Shown: positions 10,222-20,494 of the stretch, piece after piece
How the letters are laid out: the number at the start of each line of letters is the position of its first letter
Position numbering within the stretch: position 1 is the stretch's first letter
Assembly (NCBI GenBank): GCA_965219905.1
Contig: CBDCOS010000008.1
Coordinates: 640,183-704,182, forward strand
Origin: an uncultured Candidatus Binatia bacterium
GTDB taxonomy: Bacteria > Desulfobacterota > Binatia > UBA9968 > JAJDTQ01
Reading direction: 5' to 3'
DNA: 64,000 bases
The notes under the pieces: model-generated
What the model was told of the DNA's origin: nothing
Database searches by the model: none
What the model saw: only the letters and a program-made list of their open reading frames with translations
Made by a program: the position numbers and the translations under genes

Positions 10222-10367
10222 CGAGAAGTCCCTTGACGGCGGCAGCCATTATAGCCCATCCGTCTCGGTCGCGCGTCCACTTCGGCGTTTCCTGACATGC
10301 CCCCCAAGCTCCATCCTCGAACCGCCGCGTATTCGCCTCCCCCGAAAAACTGTGTTACGTAAGGCGG

Positions 10368-11441
10368 TTGGACTGGAACGCCATGAACCAAACCACCGAC
10401 GACCTGCGAATCGAGACCCTGCGTCCACTGCTGCCGCCGATGATCCTGGTAAACGAAGAGTTGCCGATTACCGCGGACGCGACCGCGACCGTGACCACGG
10501 CCCGCCAAGAGATCGAAGCGGTCTTGAGCGGCGACGACCGCCGTCTGCTCGTGATTTCCGGCCCCTGTTCCATTCATGACTCGAACGCGGCCCTCGAGTA
10601 CGCCGGCCGCCTGAAGCATGAAGCCGCCCGCCTGGCGGACGATCTGCTGATCATCATGCGCGTCTACTTCGAGAAACCGCGCACGACGGTGGGCTGGAAG
10701 GGCCTCATCAACGACCCGGACCTCGACGGCAAGTGCAACATCAACAAGGGATTGCGGCTCGCCCGAGGCTTGCTGCTGGACCTCGCCAACATGGGCGTGC
10801 CCGCGGGGTCCGAGTTCCTTGACACCATCACCCCGCAATTCACCGCCGACCTGGTTTCATGGGGCGCCATCGGCGCCCGCACGGCGGAGAGCCAGGTGCA
10901 CCGGGAGCTGGCCTCCGGGCTGTCCATGCCGGTGGGGTTCAAGAACAGCACCGGCGGCTCCATCCAGATCGCCATCGATGGCGTACGCGCGGCGCAGCAC
11001 CCGCATCATTTCCTGGGCGTCACCCATCAGGGAATCGCCGCGGTCATCTCCACGTCCGGTAACGCGAGTTGCCACGTCATCCTGCGGGGCTCCAACCTCG
11101 GACCCAACTTCGACCGGACCGTGGTGGACGACACCGCCGAAGCCATGCGCAAGGCCCGCCTGCCGCACCGCGTGCTGGTGGACTGCAGCCACGGCAACAG
11201 CCAGAAGGACTACCGGCGGCAGCCCGAGGTCTGCGCCGACGTCTGCGAGCAGGTGGCCTCGGGGTCCGACAACATCTGCGGCATCATGATGGAAAGCCAC
11301 CTCGTGGCAGGGCGCCAGGACATCAAGCCCGACACCCCTCTCACCTACGGCCAGAGCGTCACCGACGCCTGCATCGACTGGGAAACCACGGTCCCCATGC
11401 TGGAAGACCTCGCCCGCGCGTCCGCGAAGCGGCGCTCCTGA
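10368..11441 (+). CDS. 3-deoxy-7-phosphoheptulonate (DAHP) synthase, class I
   Basis: 357 aa with class I AroG/AroF-type blocks (LLVISGPCSIHD, GWKGLINDP, LVDCSHGNS). The start may be the internal MNQTTDD. Confidence 0.85.
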   Translation: MDWNAMNQTTDDLRIETLRPLLPPMILVNEELPITADATATVTTARQEIEAVLSGDDRRLLVISGPCSIHDSNAALEYAGRLKHEAARLADDLLIIMRVYFEKPRTTVGWKGLINDPDLDGKCNINKGLRLARGLLLDLANMGVPAGSEFLDTITPQFTADLVSWGAIGARTAESQVHRELASGLSMPVGFKNSTGGSIQIAIDGVRAAQHPHHFLGVTHQGIAAVISTSGNASCHVILRGSNLGPNFDRTVVDDTAEAMRKARLPHRVLVDCSHGNSQKDYRRQPEVCADVCEQVASGSDNICGIMMESHLVAGRQDIKPDTPLTYGQSVTDACIDWETTVPMLEDLARASAKRRS

Positions 11442-11556
11442 ACGACTCCGCTCCGACGCCACGTCCGGGTGTCCCGTCCCGCCTCATTCCTCATCGGTCT
11501 GCCGGTCTTTCCCGTACAGGGAGATGAAGTACATGAGGGCGCCGGGGGTCGCTGTC

Positions 11557-13743
11557 TCACGCGTTCCTTGCGTTTTCTAGCGCATCGCCGTCGAGGCCCA
11601 GCGATTCGAGCACGGGACCGAAGTGCCCCGCGAAGCTCCCCGCCACGGGACCGTCGACAATCAGACGCTGGTCGCTGCCGCAATGGATAACCAGGGCATC
11701 CGCCAGGGTGCGTGACAACCGGCTGAAACGAACCTCGTCTCTCGGGTAGGTCCTCAACGCGCCGTCGTCGAGCGAGAGCTCCTCCTTCGGAACCTCCCCC
11801 ACAACGACGCGGTCAGGAAACAGGAGCACCCAGCCCGCCCGCCCGTTGCCGGACGACGCCTCGAACACCGCGACGGCCCGGCTCCGAACGCCGGAAGTGA
11901 CGGCGTGGTCCCCGGGCGCAAGGAGTTCCCGGTCGCCCATCTGCCGCAGGATAGCCGGCGCCGACCCTGACGGGACCTTCGACAGCGTCCCGTACTCCAG
12001 GCGGTCGCGCAGCCGCGACTCCAGCGCCTTCAGATATCCCGACCAGACCGCGGCGACCTGCTTGCGCTCCGGGAGCAACACCGAAGCATTGAACAGCACC
12101 ATGTGGTCGTGCTCGACCGGCCAGTCCACCGCGGCCTTCGTCGCCAGCAGATCGACCAAGGACGCCATCAACGGTTCGGCCAGGGGGTCTCCGACCAGGT
12201 CCCGCGGGGGCTCGATCAAGTGTCGCTCGCCTTCCGCAATGCGTTCGACGCCGAGGCCGCCATCGTCGAAGGCGGTCGCCATTGCCTTCTCCAGCAGCAC
12301 GCGGTTCACCTCATCACCGATGCGCTTGCGCGCCGCCACGGCGAACGCACTGTCTTCGATCACTCGCCGTGCTTCCCCCGTGTCGAGCCCACACCAGTCG
12401 CGGGCAAGCATCGCGAGCTGAATGAATCCCTCCTCGATCCGTATCTCCTCGCGGCTGCCGGCGCCGATGAGATCAACCTGAAGGCCTATCGACAGCGCCT
12501 TCTCCATTTCCTCGATCGCCTGGCTGGCCTTCGGCTCATTCAATCCACGCATGTCCCGCAGGATCGCGCCTAGACACTCGGCAATCGCCTGGCGTTGCGC
12601 GGGGCGCAAGGCCGCGAGGTCGACGGACGGCGTCAGGGTGGCGTCCGGTTCGCCGTCGTCGGCGAGTGCGCGCAGCAGCGCCAACTTGGCGAACTCGTCC
12701 GGAATCCGGGCGCGCAGGACGCGGTCCAGCAGGACCTTGCGGTTGTGGTCGATCCCCGGAACCAGCTTGTGAATGCGAAGCGCCTCGACGAGCCCCAGCC
12801 AATCCGCGCTCCGGTACGTGTGGTCCGGATCGTATGCGCGCGCCGCGTGCAGATAGACCAGCGCGACCGAACCTTCCAGCAGTTCCTTCAGCCAGGCCTC
12901 GGCGTACCTCTTGACGACGTGCTTGCCGACCCGCGAAAACGCCTCCCCGGCGAGAACCGACGCCGCCAGCGTAACCGGGTTCGCGCCGAGGGCAACGCGA
13001 GCGGCCAGCGTCGCGCCGCGCACATAATGCTGCCAGGGAGTGTACATCCGGTAGAGTCTGCGCGCCTTCTGCACTTGTTCGAGCCGCGTCACGACCTCCC
13101 TTACGGTCCACCCCGCGACGTTGACCACCGGCACCTGCTGGGCGACTTGCAGGAGGTCGCCGATCACGGACCGTGCAGCAAACGCGATGTCACCGATGCG
13201 CGCATCGAGTTCCGCCTTTTCGGCATCCTTCCCGTACAGCCGGGCCACTTCCCTCACCACATCGCGGATTTCCTCGAAAATGGCGCGGCCGTCGACGCCC
13301 TTGATCTCCCCGTCCTCTTGCTTCACGTAGCGCCGGTCGCGGATGCCGTCCCAGACGCGGTCGCAGCGGGCCTGGATCATTCTCCCGAGTTGAGCGTCCT
13401 GCTCCGACGGCGGCTCGTCCGTTTCGGGGCCGTGCGACCGCCGGAGCGCGCCCCAGGCCTGCTCCACCGGCGACACGCCCTCGGCCAGCCAGCGCTTCTC
13501 GACCTCTCTCAGATCGCGCTCACGCAGCTCGTCGATGTGCTGCTCGACGTCCGCGAGGAGCCTTCGGTCAACGGCAGCGGATCGCGTGAGGCCCGTCGCG
13601 AAACCCAGCGCGCCGGCGCCGAGCAGGGTGACCGCGATCCCCAATTCCGCCGAGACCATGAACAGGAGAGCGACCCCCGCGGCCGTGACGCTGCATCCTG
13701 CAAGTAACCAGCCGGCGGACGCGCTCATTCGGATCCATCGCAT
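11557..13743 (-). CDS. Large hypothetical protein with an N-terminal hydrophobic segment (two probable TM helices) and a ~650-aa predicted cytoplasmic alpha-helical domain, function unknown
   Basis: Long uninterrupted ORF with gene-like codon usage. I chose the internal Met MRWIRMSASAGWLLAGCSVTAAGVALLFMVSAELGIAVTLLGAGALGFATGL as the start because the track's upstream extension (to 13929) overlaps the neighbouring gene. No recognisable enzymatic motif. Confidence 0.55.
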   Translation of the reverse strand: MRWIRMSASAGWLLAGCSVTAAGVALLFMVSAELGIAVTLLGAGALGFATGLTRSAAVDRRLLADVEQHIDELRERDLREVEKRWLAEGVSPVEQAWGALRRSHGPETDEPPSEQDAQLGRMIQARCDRVWDGIRDRRYVKQEDGEIKGVDGRAIFEEIRDVVREVARLYGKDAEKAELDARIGDIAFAARSVIGDLLQVAQQVPVVNVAGWTVREVVTRLEQVQKARRLYRMYTPWQHYVRGATLAARVALGANPVTLAASVLAGEAFSRVGKHVVKRYAEAWLKELLEGSVALVYLHAARAYDPDHTYRSADWLGLVEALRIHKLVPGIDHNRKVLLDRVLRARIPDEFAKLALLRALADDGEPDATLTPSVDLAALRPAQRQAIAECLGAILRDMRGLNEPKASQAIEEMEKALSIGLQVDLIGAGSREEIRIEEGFIQLAMLARDWCGLDTGEARRVIEDSAFAVAARKRIGDEVNRVLLEKAMATAFDDGGLGVERIAEGERHLIEPPRDLVGDPLAEPLMASLVDLLATKAAVDWPVEHDHMVLFNASVLLPERKQVAAVWSGYLKALESRLRDRLEYGTLSKVPSGSAPAILRQMGDRELLAPGDHAVTSGVRSRAVAVFEASSGNGRAGWVLLFPDRVVVGEVPKEELSLDDGALRTYPRDEVRFSRLSRTLADALVIHCGSDQRLIVDGPVAGSFAGHFGPVLESLGLDGDALENARNA

Positions 13744-13882
13744 GTCGCCATCCTTCGGCAGGGTGTCCCGCCGGCAGGACCCAGTTCCATGCCTCGCAAT
13801 GGGTTCCTGCTTGCTCGGATCGTAGCGGGCAGGGGCAACCGGCCCGTCGTCCCTGCGGGAGAATCCACCCGAGCGTAGACAG

Positions 13883-14977
13883 CTAGAGATCCACGGCCCT
13901 TCCCTGATCCGACGACTCGACGATGGCATCCACCAGCCGGTGCAGGTCCACGGCCGTGTTGAAATCCGGCTCGCAGCCCGTGCCGTTGCGGATCGCGCCG
14001 GCGAACCTCACGTACATCTCCGCGACGTTCCAGGGCTCTTTCTCCGGCGTCCCGGCCGGCGCCTTCACGTACTCGGCCGGCACCGGCAGGTCCTGGAGAC
14101 CCGAGTCTCCCGCCCTGGCTCCCCGCAGACGGACCACCTCGAGCTGCGGCGTGTTGTCGGACGTGGCCACCAGGGTCCCCTCGCGGCCATAGATCTCCAT
14201 GCCGTACCCGTACGCCTTGAAGGGTATGGCGGACACGTAGACCGAGGCCACCGCGCCGCTGGCCAGCCGCCCGCTCACCAGCACGTTGTCCGGAGAGGTG
14301 ACGTCCACGTAACGTTGGGTATCGGTCTCGAGCCACTGACGTGCCTGGGAGCTCACCACCGCGGACACGGAGCTGAAATCACCTGCGATGAACCGCAGCG
14401 CGTCGATGGTGTGGCCGTGGGCGATGGTCAGGGTGTTGGCGCCCAGGGACGCGTCCTTTTGCCAGCTCCGGTCCGAGGGCCAGTTCAGTATGCCGCCACG
14501 CGCGACGCTCACGTGGCAGGCCATGACCTCGCCCACGTAGCCGTCCGCCACCAGGTCCCTCGCGTAGACGATGGCCGGGTTGGCCCTGGCCTGCAGACCC
14601 ACCATGTGCCTGAGGTCCCGGGCCTCGGCCAGGTCGCGCATCTCCACGGCCTCGGCCCGGGTCTTTCCCAACGGCCACTCGGTGAAGACATGCTTGCCGG
14701 CATTGAGGGCATCCATGGTCACCTGGTAGTGGGCCGGAACCCGCAGCACCACCGCCACCGCTTCGATGTCGGGACAGGCGAGCATCTCGTGGTAGTCGGC
14801 GAACGCCAGCTTCGCGCCGAACTTCGCGGCCGATTCCTCGGCGCTCTCCTTGCGGGTGGTGCAGACAGCCGTCAACTCCACGTCGCGGCTGGCGACGATG
14901 GCGCGCATGTGCGCCCTCGGACCCCATCCACGGGTGGGATTCGCGCCGATGACACCTAACTTTATCTTCTCGGCCAC
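13883..14977 (-). CDS. Gfo/Idh/MocA family NAD(P)-dependent oxidoreductase
   Basis: 364 aa. Rossmann N-terminus MAEKIKLGVIGANPTRGWG and a typical GFO_IDH_MocA C-terminal domain. Confidence 0.85.
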   Translation of the reverse strand: MAEKIKLGVIGANPTRGWGPRAHMRAIVASRDVELTAVCTTRKESAEESAAKFGAKLAFADYHEMLACPDIEAVAVVLRVPAHYQVTMDALNAGKHVFTEWPLGKTRAEAVEMRDLAEARDLRHMVGLQARANPAIVYARDLVADGYVGEVMACHVSVARGGILNWPSDRSWQKDASLGANTLTIAHGHTIDALRFIAGDFSSVSAVVSSQARQWLETDTQRYVDVTSPDNVLVSGRLASGAVASVYVSAIPFKAYGYGMEIYGREGTLVATSDNTPQLEVVRLRGARAGDSGLQDLPVPAEYVKAPAGTPEKEPWNVAEMYVRFAGAIRNGTGCEPDFNTAVDLHRLVDAIVESSDQGRAVDL

Positions 14978-15040
14978 TTTCTTTCCTTTCGAGTTAAAAC
15001 AAGAGGTTGTACGTCAATGACAACAGTCCAAGAACCGACC

Positions 15041-17083
15041 CTATGGCTCCAGGAGAGGCTTCAGCCCCTCCCAGTCCGTCACCGGCGCCGCACAGGTGAA
15101 GTTCCGGCAGACGTAGACCGTCGGCTTGCCGCCGACCTGCGACTTGCCCTCCAGCAGCGGAGAAATCTCCTCCAGCCTGGCGTCGGGGTCGACCCACTGG
15201 AGCGTCTTGTTGGGCAGGTAGCTGTCCTGCACCTGCTGCACGATTCCGCGCGCGTCCGCATCGTCCTTGTCCGCCACCATGACGATCTCCGCGGGCATCG
15301 ACAGGTGGAAGTCCAGGGCCCCGAGCATGGTGGCCAAGCCGAACGGCTCCTTCCCCATGGCGTCATAGTGAAGCCGCAGGACCTTCTCCGCCCGCTCCAG
15401 CAAGTCCTGCTCTCCGGTGTAGTGGTGGAGCCGCAGGAGCACCGAGGCGGCCACCGAGTTGCCCGACGGGATGGAGTGGTCGAACCCGGGCTTGGTGCGG
15501 CTGATGAGCTGCTCGTGGGACTTGCCGGTGTAGAAGAACCCGCCGTTGGCGTCGTCCCAGAACTCGTCCACCATGGTCCGGGCCAGGCCCTTGGCGCGCT
15601 CCAGGAGACCGGCCTCGAAGGTCGCCTCGAACAGGTCCAGCAGGCCGGCGATGAGGAAGGCGTAGTCGTCCAGGTAGCCCAGCAGCTTGGCCTGCCCGTC
15701 CTTGTACGTGTGCAGCAGGAGGCCCTTGTCGAACATGCGCGTGAAGATGAAGTCCACGGTCTTCGCCCCCGCCTCCCGGATGCGGGCGTCTCCGGTGATG
15801 GCATAGGCCGCGGCCAACCCCGACAGCATCAGGCCGTTCCAGGAGACGATGACCTTCTCGTCGCGGAAGGGCTTGACCCGCTTCTCCCGCTCCTCGAACA
15901 GACGCGCCCGGGACTCGCCCAGAACTGCCTCGATGTCCTGCTCGTCCTTGTTGAAGTACCGGGCCGCCTGCTCGACGGTCAGGATCGGGTGCAGGATGTT
16001 CTTGCCCTCGAAATTGCCGAGATCGGAGACGTCGTAGACCCGGCAGAAGATCTCGCCGTGCTCCTTGCCCAGCAGCTCCAGGACCTCCTCGCGGGTCCAC
16101 ACGAAGAACTTGCCTTCCTCGCCCTCGCTGTCCGCGTCCTGGGCCGAGTAGAAACCGCCTTCGGGCTGGCACATCTCCCGCAGCGCGTACTCCAGGGTCT
16201 CCTCGACGATGCGCTTGAAGAAGCCGTCCCCGGTGATGCGGTAGGCCTCGGCGTAGACCTGCGCGAGCTGGCCGTTGTCATAGAGCATCTTCTCGAAGTG
16301 GGGGACCAGCCACTTGTCGTCCACCGAGTAACGGTGGAAGCCGCCGCCGAGCTGGTCGTACATGCCGCCCTCGGCCATCTTGCGGAGGGTCTCGGTGATC
16401 ATCTCCAGGTAACGCTGGTTCCCCGACAGCCGGTAGGAGCGCAGGAACAGGTTGAACACCCCGGCGTTGGGAAACTTGGGCGCCCGGCCGAAGCCGCCGT
16501 GGTTGGCGTCGTAGGCCGGGGTCAACCCCGCGGCGCCCCCGGTGACGACATCCACGCTCAGTTCCTGGCCCGTCTCGCTGAGCACGCTCATGCGGTCCAG
16601 CGCCGCCACGAGCTGGTCGACGTTCTTGGCCACGTCCTGCGGCTTGTTGCGGTATGCCTCCACCACCGCCTTCAGCACCCTCGGAAACCCCGGCATGCCC
16701 TGCCGGTCCTCGGGCGGATAGTAGGTGCCGCCGAAAAAGGGCTTGCCCTCCGGGGTCAGGAACACGGTCATGGGCCAGCCGCCCCGGCGGATGAGCATCT
16801 GCACCGCGTTCATGTAGATCTCGTCCAGGTCCGGCCGCTCCTCCCGGTCCACCTTGATGCTGACGAAGTTCTCGTTCATCAGCGCGGCGATGGCCTCGTT
16901 CTCGAAGGACTCGTGCTCCATCACGTGACACCAGTGGCAGGCCGAATAGCCGATGCTCAGGAGGATCGGCTTGTCTTCCTCCCGGGCCTTGGCAAAGGCT
17001 TCCTCTCCCCAAGGGTACCAGTCCACCGGGTTGCCGGCGTGCTGCAGCAGATACGGGCTCGTCTCGTTGGCCAGGCGGTTCAT
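15041..17083 (-). CDS. Thioredoxin-domain protein (DUF255 / YyaL-like, with a six-hairpin glycosidase-like C-terminal domain)
   Basis: 680 aa. N-terminus [60 protein letters not shown] is the DUF255 thioredoxin-like signature. Confidence 0.85.
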   Translation of the reverse strand: MNRLANETSPYLLQHAGNPVDWYPWGEEAFAKAREEDKPILLSIGYSACHWCHVMEHESFENEAIAALMNENFVSIKVDREERPDLDEIYMNAVQMLIRRGGWPMTVFLTPEGKPFFGGTYYPPEDRQGMPGFPRVLKAVVEAYRNKPQDVAKNVDQLVAALDRMSVLSETGQELSVDVVTGGAAGLTPAYDANHGGFGRAPKFPNAGVFNLFLRSYRLSGNQRYLEMITETLRKMAEGGMYDQLGGGFHRYSVDDKWLVPHFEKMLYDNGQLAQVYAEAYRITGDGFFKRIVEETLEYALREMCQPEGGFYSAQDADSEGEEGKFFVWTREEVLELLGKEHGEIFCRVYDVSDLGNFEGKNILHPILTVEQAARYFNKDEQDIEAVLGESRARLFEEREKRVKPFRDEKVIVSWNGLMLSGLAAAYAITGDARIREAGAKTVDFIFTRMFDKGLLLHTYKDGQAKLLGYLDDYAFLIAGLLDLFEATFEAGLLERAKGLARTMVDEFWDDANGGFFYTGKSHEQLISRTKPGFDHSIPSGNSVAASVLLRLHHYTGEQDLLERAEKVLRLHYDAMGKEPFGLATMLGALDFHLSMPAEIVMVADKDDADARGIVQQVQDSYLPNKTLQWVDPDARLEEISPLLEGKSQVGGKPTVYVCRNFTCAAPVTDWEGLKPLLEP

Positions 17084-17114
17084 TGGCAGGTTCTCCTATG
17101 GCACTTCTTCAACA

Positions 17115-17474
17115 TCAATACTTGCGGACCACCGCAACCACCACGCCGCGGACCTCCACGTCCGCTTCATCCGCCGCGATGGGGGCGAGCCCTTCGTCCG
17201 CGGACCGCAGCAGCACCTTCCCGCCCTGACGGTGGAACCGCCTGACCGTCGCCTCGCCTCGGACCGTGGCCACCACCGTGTCGCCGTCCCGCGCCTCCGG
17301 CGACGACTGCACCAGGATGAGGTCTCCGTCCCGGAGCTGCTCCTCCGCCATGGAATCGCCCCGGACGCGCAGAGCGAACGTGCCGGGGCTTTGCGCCAGC
17401 TCCCTGGGCAAGCCCGGGGCGTCTTTCGCCTCCACCGGCTCGAGGACAGGCTCCGGCCGTCCAGGGACGGTCAT
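17115..17474 (-). CDS. S24 family peptidase (LexA/UmuD-like catalytic domain only, no DNA-binding domain)
   Basis: 119 aa with the Ser-Lys dyad context RVRGDSM ... GGKVLL. There is no N-terminal HTH, so it is UmuD-like rather than LexA. Confidence 0.7.
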   Translation of the reverse strand: MTVPGRPEPVLEPVEAKDAPGLPRELAQSPGTFALRVRGDSMAEEQLRDGDLILVQSSPEARDGDTVVATVRGEATVRRFHRQGGKVLLRSADEGLAPIAADEADVEVRGVVVAVVRKY

Positions 17475-17483
17475 GGGATCAGC

Positions 17484-17789
17484 CTAGCAGGCTCGGGATT
17501 CCATTACACCTTTGGCCACGTCGACCATGCCCCGGGCCTTGAGGGCGTTGGAGTCCTCCGCACCGTAGAACTTCCCGAGGTAGGCCGCCACCTTGCGCAA
17601 CACCTCGTAATGGGCCTCGGCGCACGCGCTCCGGGCCTCGGACGGCAGCTCGTCGAACTCCCGCTCGATGTTCCCGAGCCAGCCCGGCAGGTACTCCACC
17701 TCGATGTCCTTCCCGGTATAGAGATATCCCTCCAGCGAGCCGACCCTGGCCGCCAGGCCGTAGACCCGCGTGATGTCGGATGCATCCAT
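17484..17789 (-). CDS. Small hypothetical protein co-transcribed with the S24 peptidase
   Basis: ORF ends 9 bp before the S24 peptidase start. Start taken at MDASDITRVYGLAARV; no recognisable domain. Confidence 0.45.
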   Translation of the reverse strand: MDASDITRVYGLAARVGSLEGYLYTGKDIEVEYLPGWLGNIEREFDELPSEARSACAEAHYEVLRKVAAYLGKFYGAEDSNALKARGMVDVAKGVMESRAC

Positions 17790-17852
17790 GATCGCGTCCT
17801 CCCTCCTGCCGCCGTCGGTGCGGCACACGCCGCCGGCGCCGGATTATCGACA

Positions 17853-18920
17853 CTAGCGCGTCTCCCGCGTACCCGAGCGACGGTTCTTCTGATATTTCCT
17901 CACCGCCTGGTTGTGGTCCCGCAGCCTCGCCGAGAAGTGGTGGCGGCCGTCGTTCGTGGACACGAAGTACAGGTATCCGACGTCCGCCGGATGGAGCGCC
18001 GCCTTCATGGCGGCCAGGCCGGGATTGGCGATGGGACCCGGAGGCAACCCCTTGATCGTGTAGGTGTTGTAGGGGCCGGGGGTGCGCAGGTGCTTGCGGG
18101 TCAGGTCGCCGTTGAAGTCCTCGAGGCCGTAGATGACCGTCGGATCGCTCTGGAGCCGCATGCGCCGCTTCAAGCGGTTGTGGAAGACGGCGGACACCAG
18201 CGGCATGTCCGCGACCGGGCCGCCTTCCTTCTCGATGATGGAGGCCAGCGTCACCACTTGATGCCGGGTCATCCCGAGCTCCCGGGCGCGCGCTTCCATT
18301 TCCGGAGTGAAGGTGTCCTTGAACTCGGCGAACATCGTCTTGGCGATCTCTTCCTCGGTGGCCAGCGCCCGGAAGTGATAGGTGGTGGGGAAGAGATAGC
18401 CTTCCATGCTTTCGGCCCCGAGGCGGGCGAGGGCGGCCGGATCGGTCACCGCCGCCGCGAACCGCTCCGGCGTCGCCAGTCCCTTCCGTTCCAGCAGGCT
18501 GCCGATCTGCCGGACCGTGAAGCCCTCGGGAATGGTCACCTTGTAGAACACGGTCCTGCCGCGGACCAGCCCGTCGAGCACCGACCGGGGCGACACCGCC
18601 CCCTCGAAGCGGTAGAGGCCCCGGTGCACTCTCGTATCGAGTCCGCGCAACCAGGCCCAGAACACCAAGAGCCGGGGCTGCGAGACGACCCCCTTTTCGC
18701 CGAGCTCGCGGGCCACCGACGCAAACGTGTCGCCGCGCCGGATCTCGATCTCCGCAACCGACGAATGGCCGTGGTAGGGGGTCAGGAGGAACGCGGCCAT
18801 GTAACCGAGGACGATGAGGGCGGCGAGCAGCAGGAAAGCGCCGGCAACCAGAAGGCCTCGACGACTGGAAAGCACGGAGTCGGGCACCTTTAGTTGTCGG
18901 TTACGTTCACCTTCATCCAT
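17853..18920 (-). CDS. mltG: Endolytic murein transglycosylase MltG (YceG family)
   Basis: 355 aa with an N-terminal TM anchor and YceG-like domain blocks (LYFVSTNDGRHHFSARL). Confidence 0.85.
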   Translation of the reverse strand: MDEGERNRQLKVPDSVLSSRRGLLVAGAFLLLAALIVLGYMAAFLLTPYHGHSSVAEIEIRRGDTFASVARELGEKGVVSQPRLLVFWAWLRGLDTRVHRGLYRFEGAVSPRSVLDGLVRGRTVFYKVTIPEGFTVRQIGSLLERKGLATPERFAAAVTDPAALARLGAESMEGYLFPTTYHFRALATEEEIAKTMFAEFKDTFTPEMEARARELGMTRHQVVTLASIIEKEGGPVADMPLVSAVFHNRLKRRMRLQSDPTVIYGLEDFNGDLTRKHLRTPGPYNTYTIKGLPPGPIANPGLAAMKAALHPADVGYLYFVSTNDGRHHFSARLRDHNQAVRKYQKNRRSGTRETR

Positions 18921-19462
18921 CCTTCGATCTGCTTCAGGAAACCGGAGAACGGATCGTCCTTTTTCGGCGAAGCCGCAAAGTAGGCCTTGTGCATGTAGTC
19001 GAGGGCTCCGGACAGGTACTCGAACTTCTCCGAGAGCTCCTGGAAGAGCAGGAATCCGGTCCGGTAGAGCGACAGGTCCACTTCGGAGACCTTCCAGTAG
19101 GACCGGCTGCCTTCCTGCAGGTAGTAGTCCAGGTACCCGCCGCGCTCCACGTAGGACCGGAAGAACCCGCTCATGAACAGGGTGTAGTCCCCCAGGTACT
19201 TCCGCATCCGCCGTTCCTGCATCAGGGGGTTCTCGCGCGAAACCGTAGCGTCGTCCGCCGCCAGCATCTCCACCACGCTGTCGAGCCGCTGGTTCCTGCG
19301 GGAACGCATGCGGTACAGCCGGTCGCTGCGGGCGAACTCCGTCAGCACGTCCGCCACGTAGCCCGTCACCTCGGCATCGCGGATCCCCAGCTCACCGAAG
19401 CATCGTTGCGTCGTATTCAGGAAGAACCCCTGCAATCGGTCTCTCGAAAGGATCTTTTTCAT
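18890..19462 (-). CDS. Hypothetical protein (no recognised domain)
   Basis: About 190 aa from MKKILSRDRLQGFF. Lies between mltG and the divergent thiD; coding-like composition. Confidence 0.45.
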   Translation of the reverse strand: MKKILSRDRLQGFFLNTTQRCFGELGIRDAEVTGYVADVLTEFARSDRLYRMRSRRNQRLDSVVEMLAADDATVSRENPLMQERRMRKYLGDYTLFMSGFFRSYVERGGYLDYYLQEGSRSYWKVSEVDLSLYRTGFLLFQELSEKFEYLSGALDYMHKAYFAASPKKDDPFSGFLKQIEGWMKVNVTDN

Positions 19463-19610
19463 GGCGTCACCCGTGGCAGCGTATGGCATCAGGAAACGGC
19501 GGGGATGTCAACTCGTTTCGCGCGGGGCATCGACCGCCGGCGCGGTGGCCGGGCGAGGCCTCTCGGCGTCCCCCGCGAGCTCGCCTTTCCGCGGCTTGAC
19601 GCTGCTCGCC

Positions 19611-20435
19611 ATGCCTCATAACCTGCGAAGATTCGTTTTGGGAAGCGCTTCGGTGAAGATCTACAAGGCACTCACCATCGCGGGATCGGATTCGGGGGCC
19701 GGAGCCGGCCTTCAGGCGGACCTCAAAACCTTTGCCGCGCTCGGGGTCTACGGCACGTCCGTGGTCACCGCCATCACCGCCCAGAACACCACCGGGGTCA
19801 CGCGCGTCCTCGAGACGCCGGCACCGGTGGTGGCCGCGCAGATCGACGCCGTCATGGACGACATCGGCGCCGACGCGGTCAAGACCGGCATGCTCGCCAA
19901 CGCCCGCATCATCCGCACCGTCGCCGACAAGGTCCGGCAGCACGGTATCCGGCGCCTGGTGGTGGACCCGGTGATGGTGGCCAAGGGCGGCCACGTCCTG
20001 CTGCGCCCGGACGCCGTCCGGACGCTGCGGACCCGGCTGTTGCCGCTGGCAACCGTGGTCACGCCGAACCTGCCCGAGGCGCAGGCCCTGACAGGAGTGG
20101 ACGGGACCGGGGTGCGCGCCATCCGGGAGATGGCCAAACGCATCGTCGATATGGGCGTCACGAGCGTCGTGGTGAAAGGGGGGCATCGAAGGGGAGCCGC
20201 CACTGACATCTTGTTTGACGGCGCGGCATTCCACGATTTCCCGGCTTCCCGGATACGGACGCGGAACACCCATGGAACAGGGTGCACGTACTCGGCGGCC
20301 CTGGCCTGCGGCCTGGCACGTAACAGGTCATTGGAAACCGCGGTCGCCGAAGCAAAGGCGTTCATTACCGAGGCCATCCGCCAAGCGTACTCCATCGGAG
20401 CGGGGCACAGCCCGGTGAATCATTCCCACCGGTAG
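19611..20435 (+). CDS. thiD: Hydroxymethylpyrimidine / phosphomethylpyrimidine kinase ThiD
   Basis: KIYKALTIAGSDSGAGAGLQADLKTFAALGVYGTSVVTAITAQNT is the ThiD/PdxK ribokinase-family signature. Start taken at MPHNLRR (19611). Confidence 0.85.
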   Translation: MPHNLRRFVLGSASVKIYKALTIAGSDSGAGAGLQADLKTFAALGVYGTSVVTAITAQNTTGVTRVLETPAPVVAAQIDAVMDDIGADAVKTGMLANARIIRTVADKVRQHGIRRLVVDPVMVAKGGHVLLRPDAVRTLRTRLLPLATVVTPNLPEAQALTGVDGTGVRAIREMAKRIVDMGVTSVVVKGGHRRGAATDILFDGAAFHDFPASRIRTRNTHGTGCTYSAALACGLARNRSLETAVAEAKAFITEAIRQAYSIGAGHSPVNHSHR

Positions 20436-20494
20436 AGGAATGCGGACGGTCTCGAGTGATCGTCCGGCTCATGGGTGAGCGCGGATCCCGTGAA

